From: Acutalibacteraceae bacterium | GTDB lineage: Bacteria; Bacillota; Clostridia; Christensenellales; CAG-138 | Length of the DNA: 64,000 bases | NCBI GenBank assembly: GCA_963640685.1 | Contig: CAVIAA010000001.1 | Location: forward strand, 66,395 to 130,394 | Reading direction: 5' to 3' | Shown here: piece by piece, positions 54,976 through 63,483 of the stretch | How the letters are laid out: every line of letters begins with the position of its first letter | How positions within the stretch are numbered: position 1 is the stretch's first letter | Notes under the pieces: model-generated | What the model saw: only the letters and a program-made list of their open reading frames with translations | Told to the model about the DNA's origin: nothing | The model's database searches: none | Translations under genes and position numbers: made by a program

Positions 54976-55716
54976 ATGCTTTTACACGAACGGATATACC
55001 ACGACATATTTAAGCTGATAGCAGATGGAAACTACAAAAGGGGCGATCTTCTGCCAAGCGAAAAGAGACTGATGGAGCAATATCATTGCAGCTTGGCTCC
55101 TGTTCGTCAGGCGATGGGGCAGCTGGAGCAGCTGGGGCTGGTAGAGAGGCGTAGGGGCAAGGGGACCTTTGTCCGGGCAAGCGGCGCGTCCGATTTCAGG
55201 CTGGATCTTGTAGGCTTTACCGGGGCGCTGTATGACGAGAGGGATAAATGGGTATACAAAACAAGATGCATTGAGCTCATTAAGGCAAACGAAGAGCTGG
55301 CTGAAAAACTTTCTGTTGTGCCGGGTGCAGAGGTCATATACGTTGAGCGGGAGGGTTGGTTTAAGGATGTGCCGATACAGCTTTCAAAGCATTATCTGCC
55401 CGACACCGACTTTTATGACGAAATTAAAGAAGCGGGAGATATACAGTTCTGGCGTTTTTTGCTGGAAGGAAAGCTGGGATTGCATATGGTGGATGCCGTA
55501 GATGAGGTGCATGCCGACCTTGCCATACAGGAGCTTGATGGAATATTTCCGCCGTACAAGGGTTATCCCATGCCGCTAATGGTGGTGGAGCGCACCTCGA
55601 GGGACAGAACTGGCAGAGTGCAGGACTATACGGTGTTTTATATAGCCAATTTTAAGGCTGGGGGAAAAACGGTAAGTCACAGATATACAATAAACGAAAG
55701 CCAGATATATAAATAG
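54976..55716 (+). CDS. GntR family regulator, HutC subfamily (UTRA effector domain)
   Basis: The winged HTH region reads LPSEKRLMEQYHCSLAPVRQAMGQLEQLGLVERRRGKGTFV. I set the start at MLLHERIY (ATG 54976). Confidence 0.88.
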   Translation: MLLHERIYHDIFKLIADGNYKRGDLLPSEKRLMEQYHCSLAPVRQAMGQLEQLGLVERRRGKGTFVRASGASDFRLDLVGFTGALYDERDKWVYKTRCIELIKANEELAEKLSVVPGAEVIYVEREGWFKDVPIQLSKHYLPDTDFYDEIKEAGDIQFWRFLLEGKLGLHMVDAVDEVHADLAIQELDGIFPPYKGYPMPLMVVERTSRDRTGRVQDYTVFYIANFKAGGKTVSHRYTINESQIYK

Positions 55717-55764
55717 ACGCAGCCGTATATTTACGTGTCCGGCTGTTCTTCTGTCAGATTGCTG

Positions 55765-55797
55765 TTGACTAAAACAAAACATTATAATATTATAGTG
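55765..55797 (+). promoter_or_regulatory. Promoter (TTGACT-17-TATTAT) overlapped by an 18-bp near-palindrome (candidate GntR operator)
   Basis: CATTATAATATTATAGTG at 55780..55797 is palindromic except for one symmetric mismatch pair. It covers the -10 of the iadA-yfcC promoter. Confidence 0.55.
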
Positions 55798-55888
55798 TTA
55801 ATAAAGTGTGTCCGCTTAGGACGTCATAAGCAGATGCATATACAGTTCGTTTATGAAATTTGACAATTCACACAAAAGGAGCGAAGGA

Positions 55889-57070
55889 ATGCTACTGATA
55901 CGTAATGCCGATGTATATTCGCCTGAACCGATAGGCAGAAAGGATGTTCTGATTGAAGGAGAAAAGGTGATCAAAATTGCCGACAGTATAATTGGCGATT
56001 ATTCTGAGTTGAATATTAAGATCGTTGACGCCGATGGTAAAAAGCTGGTGCCGGGCTTTGTGGATCAGCACGTCCATGTGATTGGGGCGGGCGGCGAGGC
56101 GGGTTTTGCTACGCGAACTCCTGAAATGCAAATAAGCAACATCGTTAAACACGGAATAACCACGATAGTCGCCCTGCATGGCACTGATGGTACGGCGCGC
56201 AACATAGAAGCACTCTATGCAAAAACCTGCGCATTGGAAGAGGAGGGGATAACGGCAAGAATGCTGACCGGCTCATTTGAAATGCCGTCCCCCACGCTGA
56301 CCGGTTCCGTACGCCGAGATATGATATTTATAGATAAGGTCATAGGGGCGAAGACTGCGATATCCGACAGGAGATCATCTCAGCCAACAAGAGCGATGAT
56401 CGAGCAGTTCGCAGCTCAGGCTTATACAGGCGGGCTGGCGGGAGGCAAAAGAGGATATACACATATCCATATGGGAGTTGGCGCCCGCGGGCTGAGTATG
56501 CTTAAGGACATAATACGGGAAACTGAGATACCGCCGTATTTGCTCGTCCCAACTCATGTAAACCGGGATAAAGAGCTGTTTGCGGATGCCATAGAGTTTG
56601 CGAAGATGGGCGGCACAATAGATATAACGACCGGAATAGGGCCGGAATATGGGTTACCAAATGCGGTAAAGCCAAGCGAGGCGGTGAGGCGCTGCCTAGA
56701 TGCGGGCGTTGATATAGAGCGTATTACTATGAGCTCGGATGCGAACGGCAGCATGGCTGTGTACGATGAAAACGGAAAATTCAAGGGATTGTTTGTGACA
56801 ACGGTGGAGTCCATGCTTGCAGAATTTAAAGACATCGTATTTAAGGAAAAGCTGCCGCTTGAAACTGCAATAAGAGTAGTGTCTACCAATGTGGCGAAGT
56901 CGATAGGGATGTACCCGAGAAAGGGCGTTATACGAGAGGGTCAGGACGCCGACTTGATACTGCTAAGAGACGGGCTGGAGATAGACTCCGTATATGCCAA
57001 GGGGATGCTTGCCGCTGAAAACGGCGTTTCGCTTTTACATAATGCGTTTGAACATTCGTCAATGATGTGA
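55889..57070 (+). CDS. iadA: Isoaspartyl (beta-aspartyl) dipeptidase
   Basis: It has extended similarity blocks to E. coli IadA: PGFVDQHVH.IG.GGEAG..TRTPE, MLTG, VIG.K.AISD.RS, PTHVNR and GGTIDIT. I set the start at MLLIRNADVY (ATG 55889). Confidence 0.9.
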   Translation: MLLIRNADVYSPEPIGRKDVLIEGEKVIKIADSIIGDYSELNIKIVDADGKKLVPGFVDQHVHVIGAGGEAGFATRTPEMQISNIVKHGITTIVALHGTDGTARNIEALYAKTCALEEEGITARMLTGSFEMPSPTLTGSVRRDMIFIDKVIGAKTAISDRRSSQPTRAMIEQFAAQAYTGGLAGGKRGYTHIHMGVGARGLSMLKDIIRETEIPPYLLVPTHVNRDKELFADAIEFAKMGGTIDITTGIGPEYGLPNAVKPSEAVRRCLDAGVDIERITMSSDANGSMAVYDENGKFKGLFVTTVESMLAEFKDIVFKEKLPLETAIRVVSTNVAKSIGMYPRKGVIREGQDADLILLRDGLEIDSVYAKGMLAAENGVSLLHNAFEHSSMM

Positions 57071-57093
57071 TTTACTAAAAGGAGAAGAAAACA

Positions 57094-58521
57094 ATGAATG
57101 GCAACACTAAAAAGATGTCTTTTTCTCAGCTCCTAACGAAGGAGCCGCCGCACACTTATCTGCTTATTTTTGTAATCCTCATGATATGCGCGGTGCTGAC
57201 CTATATAGTTCCGGCCGGTCAGTTTGATACGGCAGTGAACGAATCGGGTCGCGCAATATTGGTGCCCGGAACATATCACAGAGTAGAGCAGAGCCCGGTG
57301 AACCTGTATCAGTTTTTCAACGCCATACCCAGCGGGCTGGTTTCGATGGCATCGCTGATATTCTTTGTAATGATAGCCGGAGGATCGTTTGCGGTCATTA
57401 ATGAGACAAAAACTATAGACATACTTACAAACAAATTGGTAATATCCTTGGCAGGCAAGGAAAAGTGGATAATCTTCGTTGTAATGCTGATGTTTTCTGT
57501 GCTGGGGGGACTGATAGGATTTGATGCGGAGTGCGTGATATTTGTTCCTATATGCATTGCCCTTGCGCGCAGAATGCACTATGACAGCATTACGGGCGTT
57601 GCAATGGTGATGTGCGGAGCATTTGTCGGCAGCTCTGTGGGCACTTTCAATCCTTATGCAACTGCTGTTGCTCAGGGAATAGTCGGCCTGCCGATATTCT
57701 CCGGTGCTTGGTACAGAATAATCATGCACATTGTAATACTTATAGCAGTTGCACTTTACGTTATAAGGTACGCTGAAGGCGTGAAGAAGGATCCAAGCAA
57801 GAGCTGCTGCTATTCACTTGAAAAGACACTGCCTGCACCGGAGGACGAAAGCGTACAGTCTTCAATACCATCCAAGTTCAGCGTAAGAAATATACTGGTG
57901 TTGATAGTGATGGTGGCCGGATTCGGCGTGATAATATACGGCGCGCTGAAGATGGACTGGTTTGCTAGCCAAATGGCTCCGATATTCTTGGCGATGGGCA
58001 TCATAGCCGGAATTGTTGGCGGAATAAAGGGAAACGACCTATGTAAAATATACATAAACGGCTGCAAGTCGATGATGTTTGCCTGCCTCGTGATCGGCAT
58101 GGGGCGTGGTATACTGATAGTAATGGAACAGGGAATGATATTCCATACGATATTGAATAGTCTTGCGAGCGTGCTTTCCATGCTTCCGCCATCGCTTATA
58201 GCTGTCGGTATGTTCTTCATGAATATAATCATCAATTTGTTTGTCCCTTCGGGCAGTGGCCTTGCGGCTCTGGTAATGCCGCTCATGGGGCCTCTCGCTC
58301 AGATGACCGGCATTACTGCCCAAACTGCGGTAGTGGCATTCCAGTGTGCAGCCGGATTTTCGGACTGTGTTATACCTACCAGCTCTACGACTAACGCTTG
58401 TATAGGTGCCGGCGGGATCAGCTTTGTTCAGTGGTTCAAGTTTGCCATAAAGCTGGCTCTTATAGAATGGGGACTAAGCATTGTGTTTATCGTAATAGCA
58501 ACCTTAATACACCTTGCATAA
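57094..58521 (+). CDS. YfcC family (C4-dicarboxylate anaerobic carrier-like) transporter
   Basis: The 475-aa polytopic protein has the N-terminal PHTYLLIF...YIVPAGQFD pattern typical of YfcC proteins. Confidence 0.82.
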   Translation: MNGNTKKMSFSQLLTKEPPHTYLLIFVILMICAVLTYIVPAGQFDTAVNESGRAILVPGTYHRVEQSPVNLYQFFNAIPSGLVSMASLIFFVMIAGGSFAVINETKTIDILTNKLVISLAGKEKWIIFVVMLMFSVLGGLIGFDAECVIFVPICIALARRMHYDSITGVAMVMCGAFVGSSVGTFNPYATAVAQGIVGLPIFSGAWYRIIMHIVILIAVALYVIRYAEGVKKDPSKSCCYSLEKTLPAPEDESVQSSIPSKFSVRNILVLIVMVAGFGVIIYGALKMDWFASQMAPIFLAMGIIAGIVGGIKGNDLCKIYINGCKSMMFACLVIGMGRGILIVMEQGMIFHTILNSLASVLSMLPPSLIAVGMFFMNIIINLFVPSGSGLAALVMPLMGPLAQMTGITAQTAVVAFQCAAGFSDCVIPTSSTTNACIGAGGISFVQWFKFAIKLALIEWGLSIVFIVIATLIHLA

Positions 58522-58538
58522 GCAAACTGACAAAACGC

Positions 58539-58572
58539 AACACGGGCGGCCTTGTGGCCGCCCGTGTTTTAT
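58539..58572. terminator. Bidirectional terminator between convergent yfcC-family and SSS genes
   Basis: A 13-bp stem AACACGGGCGGCC/GGCCGCCCGTGTT with loop TTGT has flanking A- and T-tracts. Confidence 0.88.
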
Positions 58573-58589
58573 ACTGGTTATACTGGCTT

Positions 58590-60086
58590 TTATGCATTAT
58601 CCTTCATGTACAGCGGGTTGCGTGAGAACCAGCTGTCGATTATGCGGTAAGGAGATTTCGGTGTTATGAGACTTACTACGATGGTGAGCACCAGCGACAC
58701 AAGCACGCCTATCACTATGGATTCCATGCCCATTCTCCAGTTTACGATGCCCATGCCGTTCAGCAGGTAGGTTACGAGGCCGCCGACCATACCGGCAAGA
58801 GCGCCCCACTCGTTTGCACGCATCCAGTAGAGGCCGAGCATCAGAGGGATGTAGAATGCGGAGACCATGCCGCCGACGGCGTAGATAACCACGTTCTGGA
58901 GGTTATCTGGAGGGGTTAGGGAGAGGACGAAGATGACCAGAGTGATCACGACAGTGGAAACTGTGGTCAGGTTCTTCATGGTCTTGGGCGTTGCGTCGGG
59001 ATTAATGACGGACTGATACAGATCCTTAACGACCGCCGCGCTCATAACTATGACCATCGTGCCAACTGTGGATTGCAGCGCACCAACGACGCCTGCGAGG
59101 GTCAATCCGGCGACCCAGTGGGGCAGCGCGGCAACGGCCAGCGTGGGCAGCGCATAGTCAGAAACGGCGAGATCCGGGAACGCGTTGCGTATGGTACCGG
59201 CCAGCAGAGACAGGCTGAGGCTCCAGATGGCGACGAGAACAACGCCGATCTTGATCGCGGTGTTCATCTTGCGGGTGCTGTTGTAGGACATGCAGCCGAT
59301 AACGGCGTGGGGATATCCGGGGTTAAAGAAGCCGAAGGTCATGAAGTAGCTCAGAACCATTAGCGGGCTGTAGAGTGCCTTGCCGGAAACCAGATCGGGG
59401 TTCATTTCCGCAAGGTTGCGGAACGCCTGCTCGCCGCCGCAGTAGCCGAAGCCTAGGAAGAGGAGCAGGAAGCAGGCCAGCGTCATTACGCAGCCCTGAA
59501 TGACCGTTGCGGCAGCAACGCCCTGCAGGCCGCTGAACGCCGCAAGAACCATAACGACTATCGTGAAGGCGACCAGACCTACCCAATAGGGAATGCCGGT
59601 CATGACCTCAAAGAGGCGACCGCCGCCGATGAACTGCGAAGCGGTGTAGTAGCCGACGAATATAAGCAGAACGACCGAGGAAATGACGGCGAGGAGCTTA
59701 TTGTTGTTGTAGCGGTCAAAGAGCAGGCCGACAAAGGAAGATACCTTGGAACGGCGGGATACGATTGCGATCTTTTTGCCGACAACGCCGAGAACCATAA
59801 GGTTCATGAGCATCTGACCGGGGACAACAGCCGCCCAGGAGAGGCCGCCGCTGTAGATCTTGCCGGGGGAACCGATGAAAGTGCCGGCGGAGCAGATTCC
59901 GGCTGCAACCATCATGGCAACGAGGAGCGCGCCCATTGCGCGGCCGCCGGTATAGAAGTTATCGGTAAACTCGCCCTTCTGCGAGTCGAGCTTTTTCTTA
60001 TAGAGCCAGCCGACGATGAGCAGAGCCGCAGTATAGAGGACGAAGACCAGAATTATAATTAGCTTTGTAGGTGTAGAAACTACCAT
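58590..60086 (-). CDS. Sodium:solute symporter family transporter (PanF/PutP-like)
   Basis: It is polytopic with about 13 helices and SSS-type motifs. I set the start at MVVSTPTKL (ATG 60086), which has an AGGAGG RBS. Confidence 0.88.
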   Translation of the reverse strand: MVVSTPTKLIIILVFVLYTAALLIVGWLYKKKLDSQKGEFTDNFYTGGRAMGALLVAMMVAAGICSAGTFIGSPGKIYSGGLSWAAVVPGQMLMNLMVLGVVGKKIAIVSRRSKVSSFVGLLFDRYNNNKLLAVISSVVLLIFVGYYTASQFIGGGRLFEVMTGIPYWVGLVAFTIVVMVLAAFSGLQGVAAATVIQGCVMTLACFLLLFLGFGYCGGEQAFRNLAEMNPDLVSGKALYSPLMVLSYFMTFGFFNPGYPHAVIGCMSYNSTRKMNTAIKIGVVLVAIWSLSLSLLAGTIRNAFPDLAVSDYALPTLAVAALPHWVAGLTLAGVVGALQSTVGTMVIVMSAAVVKDLYQSVINPDATPKTMKNLTTVSTVVITLVIFVLSLTPPDNLQNVVIYAVGGMVSAFYIPLMLGLYWMRANEWGALAGMVGGLVTYLLNGMGIVNWRMGMESIVIGVLVSLVLTIVVSLITPKSPYRIIDSWFSRNPLYMKDNA

Positions 60087-60120
60087 ATGATTTCCTCCTA
60101 TTGTGTCACCAGCGTACTGA

Positions 60121-60456
60121 TTACTGTTTCTTTTCTTCGATGTCGCCGATGGATTCAAGACTCATATGAGTGAAGAACCTGTCGAGAACAACAGCAACGA
60201 CAACGGCTGTTACGGCGCAAACCACGAATACCCAGAAGTACCAGGCGGGCATACCCATAATGTAGCTAAACTGCCTCGGGTCGCCGCCGCCCACGATAAA
60301 AATCACATACAGCATTACGGCCGCAAACACGGCGAACACGCCAAAGCTGATCCACATTTCACGAAGGCAAACCTTAAAGCGGGGGTCAACGTCGATGTCC
60401 TTTTTGAGGTCATAGTCTCTGCTTTCAGGATCAATGCGTTTCTTTTCGACTTCCAT
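60121..60456 (-). CDS. YhdT/DUF997-like small membrane protein (accessory subunit commonly paired with PanF-type symporters)
   Basis: It has two TM helices and lies immediately upstream of the SSS gene, the same architecture as E. coli yhdT-panF. Confidence 0.7.
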   Translation of the reverse strand: MEVEKKRIDPESRDYDLKKDIDVDPRFKVCLREMWISFGVFAVFAAVMLYVIFIVGGGDPRQFSYIMGMPAWYFWVFVVCAVTAVVVAVVLDRFFTHMSLESIGDIEEKKQ

Positions 60457-60497
60457 TTAGTTAATCCCTCCATTTTTCTCATAAAATTTCCGGTTGC

Positions 60498-60532
60498 GGG
60501 TTTCCCGCCGTGTATTGCGCCGGGGGAAACCC
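60498..60532 (-). other. GC-rich hairpin between D-aminoacylase and the yhdT-like gene
   Basis: The 9-bp stem GGGTTTCCC...GGGAAACCC has an inner 3-bp extension and no clear U-tract. It may be a processing or attenuation site. Confidence 0.4.
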
Positions 60533-60573
60533 TATTTCCACCTAATCAGGCATACGCCTCTTAGCAAAGGTGC

Positions 60574-62157
60574 TTAGTGCTGGTTGCGCAGCACACGGCC
60601 AACGCAGATGTTGTTGAACTTGCCGTCGTCAACGGCGATATGGCCGTTGATGAGTACGTAGTCTATGCCGTCAGCAAGGGCGTTATAGGCGACATAGTCA
60701 GCGTTGTCGTGGAGCTTTGCAAGATCCATAACGACCACGTCTGCCTTCATGTTCTCTGCGATACGGCCGCGGTCCTTGAGGCCGATCTTGTCCGCCGGCA
60801 TACCGGTCATCTTGTATATGGCCTGCTGGAGCGAGAGAAGGTATTCCTGCTTTACGTATTTTTCCAGCACGCGGACAAATGCGGCGGTGTATCTGGGGTG
60901 ATAAGGCCCAAGGCCGGGGAAACCGTCGGTGCAGACCATGGAGTAGGGATCCTGCAGTATGCGGGAGATATCCTCCTCGTCCATGGTGAAGACGATCATC
61001 ATAACGTTGTTTTCGCTGTTCTTGATGATGTCGAGCGCCATCTCGTAAGGATCCTCGTTGTTTTCCTCGGCGATCTGCTGAACGGTCTTGCCCTCGTATG
61101 CCTTTACGCTGCACTCGTTGATGAGCACGCGATTCCAGGAGCCGGCATACTGGAAGAAGTTTTCATAGGGCGGGTTCTCGTTCTTTACGTCTGCGATGAT
61201 CTTTGCTCTGGTCTCGGGGTCGGAGCAGCGGGCAACGAGCTTGTCCACGCCGCCTTCAAGCGACCACGGCGGCAGGCATGCGCTGAACTGGGTGCTGGCG
61301 GCATTGTAGGGGTATACATCACAGGTGACATTCAGGCCGCGGGCATTTGCGTCGTGGATAAGGCGCAGAGTTTCCTTTGGCTTGCCCTTGTTCTTGATGC
61401 CCTGCGCCTTGTGGTGGGAGATTTCAACGCTGACGCCGGTCTTTTCGGCCAGATCAATGGTCTCCTGAACGGCCTCGATGAGCTCGCTGCTCTCGCTGCG
61501 CATGTGGGAGGTATAGATACCGCCGTGCGCCTTTACCACGCGCGCAAGATGCAGCATTTCATCCTGATTTGCAAAAACTCCCGGGGGATAGATGAGGCCG
61601 GAGGAGAGGCCGAAGGCACCCTGCTCCATGCTCTCTGCCAGAAGGTTGTCCATGGTCTCCATCTCTTCATCCGTAAGCGGGCGGGCTTCAAAGCCGGAAA
61701 CGGCGATGCGCAGCGAGCCGTGACCCACAAGCCCCGCGGTGTTCAGCATCGGGTGATGAGCCTCGACCTGATCGAGAAATTCACCGTAGCTGGTCCAGTT
61801 ATACGGAACGGGTACGTTGGAGAAAAACGGATTGCAGTATTTGCTCAAAAGATCGAGATTCTTGGGGTTTACAGGCGCTGCGGAAATGCCGCAGTTGCCT
61901 ATGAGCTCCGTAGTGAAGCCCTGCCGCAGGCGCAGAGGGTTCTTTGCCTCGTGGAAAACGATGGCGTCAGAGTGACAGTGGATGTCGATAAAGCCGGGGG
62001 TGACGATCTTCCCTGTCGCGTCGATAACGCGGGCTGCGGGCTCGTCGATGCTGCCGATTTTAACGATCTCGTCGCCTACGATAGCGACGTCCGCGCGGTA
62101 AGGGGCAGCGTTGTCGCCGTCGATTATCGTGCCGTTTCGAATCAAGATGTCGTACAT
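60574..62157 (-). CDS. N-acyl-D-amino-acid deacylase (D-aminoacylase family amidohydrolase)
   Basis: It has blocks shared with characterised D-aminoacylases: PGFIDIHCHSD, GNCGISAAP, YTSHMRSE, ISHHK, DVYPY and CTDG. It has a GGAGG RBS. Confidence 0.9.
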   Translation of the reverse strand: MYDILIRNGTIIDGDNAAPYRADVAIVGDEIVKIGSIDEPAARVIDATGKIVTPGFIDIHCHSDAIVFHEAKNPLRLRQGFTTELIGNCGISAAPVNPKNLDLLSKYCNPFFSNVPVPYNWTSYGEFLDQVEAHHPMLNTAGLVGHGSLRIAVSGFEARPLTDEEMETMDNLLAESMEQGAFGLSSGLIYPPGVFANQDEMLHLARVVKAHGGIYTSHMRSESSELIEAVQETIDLAEKTGVSVEISHHKAQGIKNKGKPKETLRLIHDANARGLNVTCDVYPYNAASTQFSACLPPWSLEGGVDKLVARCSDPETRAKIIADVKNENPPYENFFQYAGSWNRVLINECSVKAYEGKTVQQIAEENNEDPYEMALDIIKNSENNVMMIVFTMDEEDISRILQDPYSMVCTDGFPGLGPYHPRYTAAFVRVLEKYVKQEYLLSLQQAIYKMTGMPADKIGLKDRGRIAENMKADVVVMDLAKLHDNADYVAYNALADGIDYVLINGHIAVDDGKFNNICVGRVLRNQH

Positions 62158-62315
62158 TCGATGTCCTCCAAAACTGATGTGATAGTAGTGTGTGTTCCGT
62201 TTGCCGCCCTCGAAGTGTGCTGCGAACCTGTGCGGCTGTCTTTCAAAGTCAGCCTAACAGAAAAACGACGGCAAGTGGTAATTGCAAAACCGGATATAGG
62301 TTATCTCTAAAACGC

Positions 62316-62365
62316 ATAACAGCGTTATTTTTATGTCTTGCACATATCAAAAGCTGTGATATACT
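62316..62365 (+). promoter_or_regulatory. ATAAC-N3-GTTAT palindrome followed by a strong sigma-A promoter reading toward the lysR-family gene
   Basis: ATAACAGCGTTAT lies at 62316..62328. TTGCAC (62338)-16 nt-(TGa)TATACT (62360..62365) follows. A second dyad, TTATT-N9-AATAA, lies at 62456..62474. Confidence 0.55.
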
Positions 62366-62541
62366 GAATTTAAGGCATAATTTATAAAGTATGTTCTGTT
62401 TTCGCTTCATTATATCTATAACAAACCATGAAAGAAGCACTAAATACCGCCCGGGTTATTGCCTGCTGGAATAATGGATATCCGAAATAAGCATAACGGG
62501 CAGACCAAATCATTAACATAACAAAGGGGGACGTGAAAACC

Positions 62542-63462
62542 ATGAATATGAACTATATTCGTCATGCACTTGAGGTCAGCCGCTGCGGATCGATCAACCG
62601 TGCGGCAAAACGGCTCTATATTTCGCAGTCCTCGTTGAGCCGCGGCATAAAGGAACTTGAGGAGGAAATCGGCATACAGATCTTTACAAGATCCAGCACC
62701 GGCATAGAAACGACACATCAGGGTCAGGAGTTTCTTAACCATGCCGCCAAGCTGGATGTTCAATACAGGCATCTTGAAGAAACCTATTTTTCGGGCTACA
62801 AGCCGGACGTTCTGCATTTGAGCGTTGCGTCCGTCCGCTTTGCGGTGTCAAACCGCGCGATGATAAATATATATAAACGCCATGCGGACAGCGAGTTTCA
62901 GAATATCTGCTTTGCGGAGGGCTCACAGGAGGAGGTCATAGATCAGGTTTACGACGGCCTGTTCAGCCTCGGAATACTCATTTCATCCAGCGATAAGAGG
63001 GATTACTGGCAGGCTGCCGCAAAAAGCCGGGAGCTCAGCTTCACTGTTCTTGCAACAAGGCAGCCGTATATCTTCATGGGGGAACAGAACCCGATAGCTG
63101 GGGGCGAATCTGTCAGCGTTGAGCAGCTGATAAACCTGCCGCACGCAACGATGGCGCAGAGCGACATATCGCCGCTGCTGTACTGCTCCGGCGTTAACAG
63201 CTATGACTACCGCACCGTTGCAAAGCGCATACTCGTCAGCGACCGCGCCGCGCTGTACGACCTGCTACGCGCAACGAATGCTTATTATATCGGCCTCAAC
63301 CTCGGGGCGAACTCCGCCTGCATCGAGGGCATACGCTTCCTGCCGCTCCGCGATGCCGATGTAAATATGGACTGTGTGCTGATCCATATGAAGCAGCACC
63401 GGGTCACCGCCATAGAGGAGGAGTACATTGCGGAAATCAAGCATCTGCTCGAAGAAACTTAA
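62542..63462 (+). CDS. LysR family transcriptional regulator
   Basis: The N-terminal HTH region reads RAAKRLYISQSSLSRGIKELEEEIGIQIFTRS. I prefer the ATG at 62542, 11 nt after GGGGG. A GTG at 62533 is an alternative. Confidence 0.9.
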   Translation: MNMNYIRHALEVSRCGSINRAAKRLYISQSSLSRGIKELEEEIGIQIFTRSSTGIETTHQGQEFLNHAAKLDVQYRHLEETYFSGYKPDVLHLSVASVRFAVSNRAMINIYKRHADSEFQNICFAEGSQEEVIDQVYDGLFSLGILISSSDKRDYWQAAAKSRELSFTVLATRQPYIFMGEQNPIAGGESVSVEQLINLPHATMAQSDISPLLYCSGVNSYDYRTVAKRILVSDRAALYDLLRATNAYYIGLNLGANSACIEGIRFLPLRDADVNMDCVLIHMKQHRVTAIEEEYIAEIKHLLEET

Positions 63463-63483
63463 ACAGGTGAATATTTGCACATA

